Shown here: positions 54,401-60,828 of the stretch, in pieces
Position numbering within the stretch: position 1 is the first letter of the stretch
Layout of the letters: each line of letters starts with the position of its first letter
Assembly: GCA_045658925.1 (NCBI GenBank)
Contig: JAZOVV010000072.1
Location: forward strand, 17,280-81,279
Source: Eubacteriales bacterium
GTDB taxonomy: Bacteria > Bacillota > Clostridia > Oscillospirales > CAG-272
Length of the DNA: 64,000 nucleotides
Reading direction: 5' to 3'
Made by a program: the position numbers and the translations under genes
Notes under the pieces: model-generated
Seen by the model: the letters and a program-made list of their open reading frames with translations, nothing else
Told to the model about the DNA's origin: nothing
Database searches by the model: none

Positions 54401-54553
54401 AAACGGATGGAAGTTCAAAACTTCCTCAAAGAGTGCCTGAAGACCCGTAATGTTAGATGCCATTTGGGGCTCAAACACGATGACGTTGCCGATAACCAGC
54501 GCTGTGATCAGAATTGCAATAATGACAATTTGTACGATCTGACCGACTTTCAT
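51413..54553 (-). CDS. GH3 glycosidase with permuted domain order, N- and C-terminal TM segments
   Basis: 1,046 aa. GH3 C-domain-like sequence comes first (…VFGHAAIDWVYGGSGSGQV…, QYPFGFGLSYTTF). The barrel/nucleophile region comes last (KHLVLYETE…, GFCGTVVTDY). TM segments lie at aa ~5-27 and ~995-1020. Confidence 0.8.
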   Translation of the reverse strand: MKVGQIVQIVIIAILITALVIGNVIVFEPQMASNITGLQALFEEVLNFHPFAVDSNTINEARKGGQELSEQIIKEGSVLVKNNGVLPLSLNEVSEVNVFGHAAIDWVYGGSGSGQVLPENNNPAENIDFLKALDAYGVTYNTSLITMYRKFAAPFGDIGSINTNFDAFYRLAEPSINDTNYYSTALLNEAKSFSNTAFVVIGRHAGETEDPTRVQYKVNTNPAIDTSRHYLEISTEEEAMLKYVGENYENVIVIINSTNTMELDFVDTIPGIDACLVVGATGTRAAKAIPSILYGEVSPSGRFTDTYAYDMASNINFKRTSAKGIGHYTGASDMYPTGAGSNAGGTSRSAPAFIDYIEGVYLGYKWYETADVEGIWDNYKREILDENDNKITVNGYESVVQYPFGFGLSYTTFDWTVESLSIPEGSEINRESEITITLSVSNTGTVAGQDVVEVYLTPEYKEGGIEKAHVNLVAFAKTSVINPGEKQTITIAVDVEDLACYDAYDLNHNGNKGYELDAGSYQLKLMTDSHNVKTVDFTGGASDVSGVITYNVSTTINFLIDNVTGNPVTNKFTGEDAIDGVSLDGSDSGQDIGFISRAAFPDPYEISDVANRAMADNVKEFNQYDKNQANAWDNAVTDIFGHPVNNESVAWGQSAGRVEYDGVVYNKSGNALVYANGKPTELGLLLGSDYNHPLWDVILSQITLKEAVDLIHAGNFGNAAIPSVGKPKLTDHDGPSQVRSFNAGAQRGTGFPCTTVLGQTWNKSLAYSFGINYGKEMGVQGIAMDGTYGFGANLHRSAWGGRNYEYFSEDGFLAGTMLAEQVRGLTNTGKYCYLKHLVLYETEHERDSMYTWCTEQALREIYLKPFKKAIQDGGCVGIMSSYNRIGNVWTGGSEALIQGVIRDELGFCGTVVTDYVDSWSREFMSIEDAVRAGGDINLGMRTNALDTGFDATNRIQNQAKEVCHHVLYMFLSPLYANHEYNENDDVEQITVGAVIESWQWWRLAVIDLDIIVGVGCAYWLYFILRKVVITRKKRREEDEKNLLEKI

Positions 54554-54578
54554 AAAATACCTCCATGGGGGTTTCGAC

Positions 54579-54601
54579 TTATAAATACATTGTATTTATA
54601 A
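54579..54601. promoter_or_regulatory. perfect 11-1-11 AT-rich palindrome 26-48 nt upstream of the permuted GH3 start codon (candidate operator)
   Basis: TTATAAATACA-T-TGTATTTATAA. Confidence 0.5.
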
Positions 54602-54757
54602 ACCCTTGACCAAAGTATACCATATTTTTTGCACCCCGTCAATGTTTTTTGGTGGATTTTCACATACTGCTTTGTTTTTTGGTAAAAGTGCAATAAAAAG
54701 GAAGAGACTTTTTGGCAAAAGGGATAAGAAAAAGGCACCGCTTGGATGCCTTTGCAT

Positions 54758-54787
54758 TGGCTGCGGAGATGGAATCCCCACCACATG
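54758..54787 (-). other. 30-nt copy of the 3' end of the tRNA-fMet-like gene (att-like direct repeat / tRNA fragment)
   Basis: TGGCTGCGGAGATGGAATCCCCACCACATG versus 56109-56138 TGGTTGCGGAGATGGGATTTGTACCACATG. 24 of 30 positions are identical, in the same orientation. Confidence 0.55.
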
Positions 54788-54982
54788 GTCTTGCCAAATT
54801 CTCTGCGGAGAATTTGGCTGCGGTCCTCCTCGCGGTTCTGACAGCCCACCGGACTGCCATTCATTGCCGCTCGGCCGTTCGCAAAACGCTTTGCGTTTTT
54901 CTCACTACCTCCGCGTTATTCGCCCTTCGAGCTCATAACCCTGCGACCATGCGACGCAAACCGATTCTTTACAACCAAAACG

Positions 54983-55006
54983 AAAAGGCACCCTGCTGGG
55001 TGCCTT
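54983..55006 (-). terminator. terminator after the 139-aa gene (AAAAGGCACCC-TGCT-GGGTGCCTT)
   Basis: The hairpin is followed on the minus strand by TTTTCGTTTTGGTT. Confidence 0.65.
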
Positions 55007-55072
55007 CGTTTTGCCTAAGAGCGACCAAAAGGTGCGTAAAGTTAGGTAAGAACGACCAAAAGTACACCGACA

Positions 55073-55492
55073 TCAGCCGTACTTATCAATTGTTCCTTTG
55101 TAATATTTTTTTATTAAAGCGGTTGTTTTCTTATTTTTTGGTATACACGCTTTTTCCCACAAAGGAAGTGTTTGTTTAAAATAACCGATATGGTATTCTC
55201 TCATCCAAAGAAATGCTTTGCAATAATGGTCTTCGATCGTATGCAATTCGTTCCACTTCGCAGAGACTTTTATACCAAATCCATAATAGACGATGATTCC
55301 TTTTTCATCAAGCCTATAACTATTCGGAAAAAGCAAAACGTAGCCAAGCAACAAAAGAGAGGCAACGGCAATAACACCTATCGAAGCAATCGTTTCTTCA
55401 TCAAAAGTCCATATTCCAAATAAGAGGAGAAAAGAAAAAATTACAATCCAAAAAGCCCATCGTTTGTTAAAAAAGAGTTTACTTTTTGTCAT
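55073..55492 (-). CDS. hypothetical 2-TM membrane protein with a small C-terminal domain, AT-rich
   Basis: 139 aa. Overlaps the upstream four-helix-bundle gene by 14 nt. No family recognised. Confidence 0.55.
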   Translation of the reverse strand: MTKSKLFFNKRWAFWIVIFSFLLLFGIWTFDEETIASIGVIAVASLLLLGYVLLFPNSYRLDEKGIIVYYGFGIKVSAKWNELHTIEDHYCKAFLWMREYHIGYFKQTLPLWEKACIPKNKKTTALIKKYYKGTIDKYG

Positions 55493-55841
55493 TGCTATTC
55501 TCCTTAACGGTTTTGCAGGATGCTATCAGCATCACGCGGAGAGATGTGCACTTAGACGACAAAGCTTTAAAGGTTTGCTCATCAATATATTTTGTGCGAA
55601 AAAGCAATTCAAGCCAATAGCCCGTTTCACTTGCTTCTTTCAGCGCAATTTCAAATTTTGATATAAAATCCTTTGTTCCTTGTGCGTACTGCGCTTCATG
55701 AATATTTGCACCGATTGAGGTGCCGCTTCTGCCGATTTGATTAGAAATAATCGTTTCGTGGTTTGATTTTAAGAATTTCACAAGATTTATAATATCAACG
55801 GAAAAGTCCATTGAAAGTTCAACAAGTTTATTTTCTTTCAT
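55479..55841 (-). CDS. four-helix-bundle protein (23S rRNA intervening-sequence protein / Avd-like family)
   Basis: 120 aa. …QIGRSGTSIGANIHEAQYAQGTKDFISKFEIALKEASETGYWLELL…. RBS GGGAGGTG. Confidence 0.8.
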   Translation of the reverse strand: MKENKLVELSMDFSVDIINLVKFLKSNHETIISNQIGRSGTSIGANIHEAQYAQGTKDFISKFEIALKEASETGYWLELLFRTKYIDEQTFKALSSKCTSLRVMLIASCKTVKENSNDKK

Positions 55842-55890
55842 AGTTGCACCTCCCTTTCCGTTATTATATCATAAAATCGGTTGTTTGTCA

Positions 55891-56065
55891 AATGATGCAT
55901 CGCCTTGCGGCGATATGATGTTTTTCGCTTCGCTCAAAATGATGTTGCTCCACTGCGTTCCGCAATGATGCGATGTTTGCTATCATGTGCCGTCAGGCAC
56001 ACATCATTAGGCAAAGCCGACATCATTGGCGCAGCCAACATCATTTGCCGCAGGCAAACATCATT
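55891..56065. repeat. large imperfect palindrome: 4 x (A)ATGATG then 4 x CATCATT, with mini-hairpins interleaved
   Basis: (A/T)ATGATG at 55891, 55914, 55938 and 55964. CATCATT at 56002, 56021, 56039 and 56059. Local hairpins include GTGCC-GTCA-GGCAC, TTGGC-GCA-GCCAA and TTTGCC-GCA-GGCAAA. Confidence 0.8.
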
Positions 56066-56108
56066 CAAAAAACGCACCTTAGTCAGTAGACAAAAGCGCG
56101 TTTTTTGT

Positions 56109-56186
56109 TGGTTGCGGAGATGGGATTTGTACCACATGAGCTCCGGGTTATGAGCCCGACGAGCTACCAGGCTGCTCTACTCCGCG
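56109..56186 (-). tRNA. initiator-type tRNA-Met (CAU) gene with an aberrant T-arm (78 nt including CCA)
   Basis: Sequence: CGCGGAG-TA-GAGC..GCTC-G-TCGGG-CTCATAA-CCCGG-AGCTC-ATG(T)GG-TACAAAT-CCCAT-CTCCGCA-ACCA. Has the C1:A72 mismatch and 3 G-C pairs in the anticodon stem. The T stem carries a bulged T and the loop reads TAC instead of TTC. Confidence 0.6.
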
Positions 56187-56203
56187 ATATTTATTTGGTC
56201 CCT

Positions 56204-56292
56204 TGGTGCCGGTGACCGGGATCGAACCGGTACGATGCTCTCGCATCACGGGATTTTAAGTCCCGGGCGTCTGCCTGTTCCGCCACACCGGC
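56204..56292 (-). tRNA. tRNA-Leu (UAA)
   Basis: Sequence: GCCGGTG..CGGGA-CTTAAAA-TCCCG, long variable arm GATGC/GCATC, T-arm ACCGG-TTCGATC-CCGGT, CACCGGC-ACCA. Confidence 0.92.
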
Positions 56293-56335
56293 AGGTAACA
56301 CCAAGAGACTTGCGTCCTTTCGGTTCGCATTGCTT

Positions 56336-56364
56336 ATTATAGCACACACTATGCTCTTTGTCAA
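56336..56364 (-). promoter_or_regulatory. consensus promoter of the tRNA-Leu/tRNA-fMet unit
   Basis: Minus strand TTGACA (56359-64), 17 nt spacer, (TGC)TATAAT (56336-41). Confidence 0.75.
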
Positions 56365-56440
56365 CCCCTTTTTTAAAAATCTTTTCTTCTTTTTGCGCTT
56401 TTCGTTCGACTTTTTTCGGCGGCCCGTCATAATTTTTCTC

Positions 56441-56469
56441 TTTACAACTGACCACTTTTATGGTATAAT
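56441..56469 (+). promoter_or_regulatory. promoter of the ATPase/GH63-like unit
   Basis: TTTACA, 17 nt spacer, (TGG)TATAAT. Confidence 0.65.
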
Positions 56470-56494
56470 ACAGTTAGAAAGCGAGGTGACGTTG

Positions 56495-57187
56495 ATGAAC
56501 TCTCTTTATTTGCAGGGATTGAAAATCGATTGGAATTCTGTGCCGCAAAGCTCTTACGTTCATAAAATATCCGCTCTCAAAAGCGTATCCGAGGTAACGT
56601 TTCATGCCCCCATTACCTTTTTTGTTGGCGAAAACGGAAGCGGTAAATCCACCTTGCTTGAGGCAATCGCCGTTGAATTCGGTTACAATGCAGAGGGTGG
56701 CACGCGAAATTACAATTTTAGCACATACAATGATATATCCCCGTTGAGCGATTCCATTACTTTGGTTAAGGGTTGGCAACGCCCCAAATTCGGCTATTTT
56801 TTCAGAGCCGAGACATTCTATAACGTCGCCACGGCATCTATGCAAAATTATATGGGGGATGACTATCATTCCAACTCGCACGGCGAAGGAAATCTTCGCT
56901 TTTTGGCATATGATAAGCCCGGTCTTTATTTGATGGATGAGCCCGAGGCCGCATTATCTCCGGCTCGACAGCTCGCTTTGTTGAAGCATATTCACGATAT
57001 GTCACAAAAAGGCGCGCAATTCATTATTGTTACGCATTCGCCTATTTTATTGGGCTGCCCAAATGCCGAAATTCTTTCGTTTGACGAGGAAAAAATTTCG
57101 CCTTGCAAGTACGAGGATACGCTCAGTTATCAAATCACAAAACGATTTCTGTGCGATAGAGGGCGTATGTTAGAAGAATTACTGTAA
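56495..57187 (+). CDS. stand-alone AAA/ABC-like ATPase (COG3910-type)
   Basis: Trimmed to the ATG at 56495 (GCGAGGTG RBS). Walker A GENGSGKST, LYLMDEPEAALSP, IVTHSPILL. Confidence 0.75.
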   Translation: MNSLYLQGLKIDWNSVPQSSYVHKISALKSVSEVTFHAPITFFVGENGSGKSTLLEAIAVEFGYNAEGGTRNYNFSTYNDISPLSDSITLVKGWQRPKFGYFFRAETFYNVATASMQNYMGDDYHSNSHGEGNLRFLAYDKPGLYLMDEPEAALSPARQLALLKHIHDMSQKGAQFIIVTHSPILLGCPNAEILSFDEEKISPCKYEDTLSYQITKRFLCDRGRMLEELL

Positions 57188-57200
57188 GAGAGGTACCATT

Positions 57201-58721
57201 ATGCCAAGTTTTCAAATGAACCAAGATATGACCTATGAGGCGTCGCCGATTGTCAAGAACAACGTGTTCCTCTCGATGCCTCCCGAAGAGAAGGCTCTAC
57301 CCAAATATGAAGAAATCGCACATTTGCTCCCCGCCCCCATTTGGCGCGGCCGCGATGACGTGCTTGCCTGCTATGACTATGCGTGGCGCACGGCATTTGG
57401 CAATCTCAAATCCGCCAACGGTGAGTTCCATTTTGTCTCGAATTTTATCGACACCGCGTTTAACGGATACCTCTTTATGTGGGATTCTTCATTTATCGTG
57501 ATGTTTGGCAAATACGGCGCACGTGCCTTCAATTTTCAAAAAACGCTCGACAACTTCTACTCGCACCAACACAAGGACGGCTTTATTTGCCGCGAGCTTT
57601 GCGAATATCGCGCAAGCGAGCATTTTTCAAGACACGACCCCTCCTCCACAGGCCCCAACATTCTCGGTTGGTCGGAGTGGGAATACTACTCCCAAACAGG
57701 TGACGTAGAACGTCTTAAGCAGATTTTTGACCCGCTTCTTGCATACCATCTGTGGCTGAAAGAGTACCGCACCTGGCGCGACGGCACCTATTGGTCGACG
57801 GGTTGGGGCTGCGGAATGGACAATATGCCCCGCTTTGAATCAAGCTACAACGTTGCGTTCTCGCACGGTCACATGGTTTGGGTAGATGCTTGCATTCAGC
57901 AGGTTCTCTCGGCAAAAATTCTCATTCAAATTGCAGACATCATCGGTCGTTCCGATGACGAAAACATTGCCGTTCTCAAAGAAGAGGTCGCAAATTTGAC
58001 CTCTGTTATCAATGACAAGCTCTGGCACGAGGACGATGCCTTCTACTACGACCTTTGGAAGAACGGAGAGCTCAACAAGGTAAAGTCGGTTGGCTCGTAT
58101 TGGGCGCTGCTTGCGGACATCATTCCGCCCGAGCGTCTTGAACGCTTTGTGGCACACCTCGATAACGAAAATGAGTTCAAACGCCCCTGCCGTGTTCCCT
58201 CTCTTTCGGCAGACACCCCCGATTACAGTCCGCAGGGCAGATATTGGAAGGGCAGCGTTTGGGCACCCACCAACTATATGGTGCTCAAGGGACTTGAAAA
58301 GAACGGCTACCACGCGCTCGCCTACGATATTGCGCGAAATTGCCTGGAAAACGTGGTAACGGTGTTCCAAAACGACGGAACCATCTACGAAAACTACATG
58401 CCCGAACAGCCCTCGAAGGGCGCGCCCGCAAAACCGAATTTTGTGGGATGGTCGGGACTCTTCCCCATCAGCATTCTTTTCGAATACGTATTCGGCATTC
58501 GCCCGAACGCAAGGGAAGAAAAAATTGTTTGGGATGTTCGTCTGCTCGAAGAGCACGGCGTGAAGAATTACCCCCTTGGCAATCTTTCGGTAGATTTGCT
58601 CTGCAAAGAAAGAACGTCCGCCGACGAAGAACCCACAGTCACCGCAATTTGCGAAAAACCGATTGAAATTGAAATTCGTTACGGAAGCAAATCAAAAATC
58701 ATTACCGCAACCCAAAAATAA
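57201..58721 (+). CDS. (alpha/alpha)6-barrel glycoside hydrolase, GH63/trehalase-like
   Basis: 506 aa. GWGCGMDNMPR, YWKGSVWAPTNYMVLKGL motifs. No signal peptide. Confidence 0.6.
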   Translation: MPSFQMNQDMTYEASPIVKNNVFLSMPPEEKALPKYEEIAHLLPAPIWRGRDDVLACYDYAWRTAFGNLKSANGEFHFVSNFIDTAFNGYLFMWDSSFIVMFGKYGARAFNFQKTLDNFYSHQHKDGFICRELCEYRASEHFSRHDPSSTGPNILGWSEWEYYSQTGDVERLKQIFDPLLAYHLWLKEYRTWRDGTYWSTGWGCGMDNMPRFESSYNVAFSHGHMVWVDACIQQVLSAKILIQIADIIGRSDDENIAVLKEEVANLTSVINDKLWHEDDAFYYDLWKNGELNKVKSVGSYWALLADIIPPERLERFVAHLDNENEFKRPCRVPSLSADTPDYSPQGRYWKGSVWAPTNYMVLKGLEKNGYHALAYDIARNCLENVVTVFQNDGTIYENYMPEQPSKGAPAKPNFVGWSGLFPISILFEYVFGIRPNAREEKIVWDVRLLEEHGVKNYPLGNLSVDLLCKERTSADEEPTVTAICEKPIEIEIRYGSKSKIITATQK

Positions 58722-58726
58722 TACGC

Positions 58727-58752
58727 AAAAGGCACCCATTCGGGTGCCTTTT
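58727..58752 (+). terminator. terminator AAAAGGCACCC-ATTC-GGGTGCCTTTT
   Basis: 11-bp stem followed by CTCGTTTTTT. Confidence 0.75.
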
Positions 58753-58790
58753 CTCGTTTTTTGCATATCCTGAAAAAAGAGCAAAAAATA

Positions 58791-58831
58791 TTGTCAACAT
58801 AGTTGACAAACATCGACACTTGTGATAAAAT
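58791..58831 (+). promoter_or_regulatory. promoter (TTGACA-17-TAAAAT) with an 8-3-8 palindrome covering the -35
   Basis: TTGTCAAC-ATA-GTTGACAA (58791-58809). The -10 lies at 58826-31. Confidence 0.6.
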
Positions 58832-58836
58832 TTGTG

Positions 58837-58873
58837 GGTGCGCGCGAAGAACGCTTCGGTCGCACCATTTTTT
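58837..58873 (+). promoter_or_regulatory. leader hairpin + T6 directly upstream of the RBS of the ArsB/NhaD-family gene
   Basis: GGTGCG..(GAAG-AACG-CTTC)..CGCACC-ATTTTTT. Confidence 0.45.
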
Positions 58874-58892
58874 CGGCTTTGTGAGGCGTATT

Positions 58893-60185
58893 ATGGCTCT
58901 TTCTATCATCATCAGTACCGCAACATGTCTTGCTATGATTTTGGCGGTGCTCTTTTATCCAAAAATCAATATTGGGCGCGTTTCAATGAGCTCCTATTGG
59001 GTGGTCACCCTTGCGGGGGCAATTCTCTTGCTCCTCACGGGCGCGGTCGAACTCCCGCGCGTAATTTCCGCGCTCTTGGCAGATACGGCAATCAATCCCC
59101 TCAAAATTTTGGTGCTCTTTATTTCGATGACCTTGCTTTCCATCTACTTGGATGAGCTCGGCTTCTTTCGCTATTTGGCAAGCGCGACTCTCAAGCGCGC
59201 GGGATGCAGTCAAACGCGCTTGTTCTTCATTCTTTACATAACGGTGTCGATTTTAACGGTGTTTACCTCGAATGATATTATTATTCTTTCTTTCACACCG
59301 TTCATTTGTTATTTTGCAAAAAGCGCGAACGTCAACCCGATTCCCTACCTTGCTGCGGAGTTTGTTGCCGCCAACACCTGGAGCATGGCACTCATCATCG
59401 GCAACCCCACCAACATTTATTTGGTGACCGCCGCTGGCGGCGATTTTGTCTCCTATTTGGTAACGATGCTCTTCCCCACCCTCATTTCGGGAACGGTTGC
59501 ATTCTTCTGCTTGCATCTCGCTTTTCACAAAAAGCTCTCAAAGCCCATTGAGGCACAGCCCGAAGAGGTCAAAATTGACGACCATCTGTCTTTGCTTGTT
59601 GGCATCATCCACCTCGCGGTGTGCACTGTCCTCTTGGCGGTCGGCTCTTACATCGGCTTGCAGATGTGGCTCGTGGCTTTCGTTTCGGCAATCAGCCTTT
59701 TGACCTTTACTGTCATTATCTCTCTTGTTCGCAAAGAAGCCCCCGTTCATACGGTGGCGAGCCTGAGACGTGCACCGTGGGAGCTTATCCCCTTTATCCT
59801 CTCGATGTTTGTGGTTGTGGAGTCTCTCCACGAAAACGGCGTGACCGATGCGCTTTATCACCTGCTCGATACGTCCGCTCCCATTTGGAGTTATGGCGTG
59901 ACGTCCTTTTTTGCGGCAAACCTCATCAACAACATTCCTATGAGCGTGTTGTATTCCGCCATTCTTTCGGGCGGTGCGGGAAAAGCCGCCGTATATGCCA
60001 CCGTTGTTGGCTCGAACCTTGGCGCGTGTCTTTCCCCCATCGGCGCCCTCGCGGGCATTATGTGGAGCTCTATCCTCAAAAAGCACAACCTCAAATTCGG
60101 ATATTTCGACTTTCTCAAAATCGGCATCGCTATTGCCATTCCCGCTCTTTTGGCGGCACTCGGTATGCTTGCTTTGATGTTTTAA
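58893..60185 (+). CDS. ArsB/NhaD-superfamily anion/ion permease
   Basis: Trimmed to the ATG at 58893 (GTGAGG RBS). …FTSNDIIILSFTPF…, …IGNPTNIYL…. Confidence 0.75.
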   Translation: MALSIIISTATCLAMILAVLFYPKINIGRVSMSSYWVVTLAGAILLLLTGAVELPRVISALLADTAINPLKILVLFISMTLLSIYLDELGFFRYLASATLKRAGCSQTRLFFILYITVSILTVFTSNDIIILSFTPFICYFAKSANVNPIPYLAAEFVAANTWSMALIIGNPTNIYLVTAAGGDFVSYLVTMLFPTLISGTVAFFCLHLAFHKKLSKPIEAQPEEVKIDDHLSLLVGIIHLAVCTVLLAVGSYIGLQMWLVAFVSAISLLTFTVIISLVRKEAPVHTVASLRRAPWELIPFILSMFVVVESLHENGVTDALYHLLDTSAPIWSYGVTSFFAANLINNIPMSVLYSAILSGGAGKAAVYATVVGSNLGACLSPIGALAGIMWSSILKKHNLKFGYFDFLKIGIAIAIPALLAALGMLALMF

Positions 60186-60192
60186 ATGATAG

Positions 60193-60218
60193 AAAAGGCA
60201 CCCACGTGGTGCCTTTTT
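60193..60218 (+). terminator. terminator AAAAGGCACC-CACGT-GGTGCCTTTT
   Basis: 10-bp stem followed by TGCGTTTTTT. Confidence 0.7.
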
Positions 60219-60287
60219 GCGTTTTTTGCGTATTGACAGCAATTCCATTTTGTGCTATACTGTAAACGAAAGCGAGGTGTTCAAAAT

Positions 60288-60617
60288 ATGAGAAAGACAA
60301 TTTGCATTATCAGTAATATCCTTTTATCCTATTTTTATATTTCCACCTCTTGGATGCTATCTCTTGCGGCACTCTTTTATATGACGGGTATTGGTTGGGA
60401 CCCCAATTCTCCTATTCAAATCTGTTGGACTCTGGGCTGCGGTCTAATTGCCCTGACTCCCATCTTTTGCATTTTGGGAATCGTTTTCTCGATTTTAGGG
60501 TGGAGAAAAGAACGATACATTCGCGCATTTCTCGTACAATTTTTGCCCTTTGCAACGCTTGCGCTGTCGGTTCTCTTCTTCTTGGTACCCATTTACTTAC
60601 TAAATATATTTGCATAA
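60288..60617 (+). CDS. small membrane protein, paralogue of 24483..24806
   Basis: Trimmed to the ATG at 60288 (GCGAGGTG RBS). 109 aa with shared motifs (see the paralogue). Confidence 0.6.
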   Translation: MRKTICIISNILLSYFYISTSWMLSLAALFYMTGIGWDPNSPIQICWTLGCGLIALTPIFCILGIVFSILGWRKERYIRAFLVQFLPFATLALSVLFFLVPIYLLNIFA

Positions 60618-60625
60618 ATCAAAAT

Positions 60626-60656
60626 AGCGAATGAGAAATGCTCATTCGCTGTTTTT
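60626..60656. terminator. bidirectional terminator
   Basis: AGCGAATGAG-AAATG-CTCATTCGCT-GTTTTTGTT. Confidence 0.7.
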
Positions 60657-60799
60657 GTTATATAGCTTTTATTCTGCGCGAATGGAGAAGCCCTCGGGCG
60701 CACGAAATTTGATGCAGAAGATGCAATCGACCTATCGTCGCCGTACAAAAGTACGGCAGAGAGGTCTAGTGCGGCTAAAAAGCCACACATAAAAACGAA

Positions 60800-60828
60800 G
60801 AAACCCGTCGGTTTTTTCGACGGGTTTC
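60800..60828. terminator. hairpin GAAACCCGTCG-GTTTTTT-CGACGGGTTTC (unit 1)
   Basis: 11-bp stem. T-rich 3' flank on the minus strand (TTCGTTTTTAT), weaker on the plus strand (AACCTTTTATT). Confidence 0.6.

Noticed and set aside
54554-55072. Several 60-155-aa ORFs (54550-54864, 54606-54938, 54660-54860, 54712-55179) in the GH3 upstream region.
   Set aside because: They overlap one another on both strands, lack RBSs and span terminator hairpins and tRNA-like fragments. I treat the region as non-coding.
55479-56100. Possible diversity-generating retroelement, since four-helix-bundle proteins of this family include the DGR accessory protein Avd.
   Set aside because: The window contains no reverse transcriptase and no template/variable repeat pair with adenine-specific differences.
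55905-56153. 82-aa ORF (MRRYDVFRFAQNDV...) spanning the heptamer array and running into the tRNA gene.
   Set aside because: It has a TTG start, no RBS, overlaps a tRNA and simply translates the repeat array.
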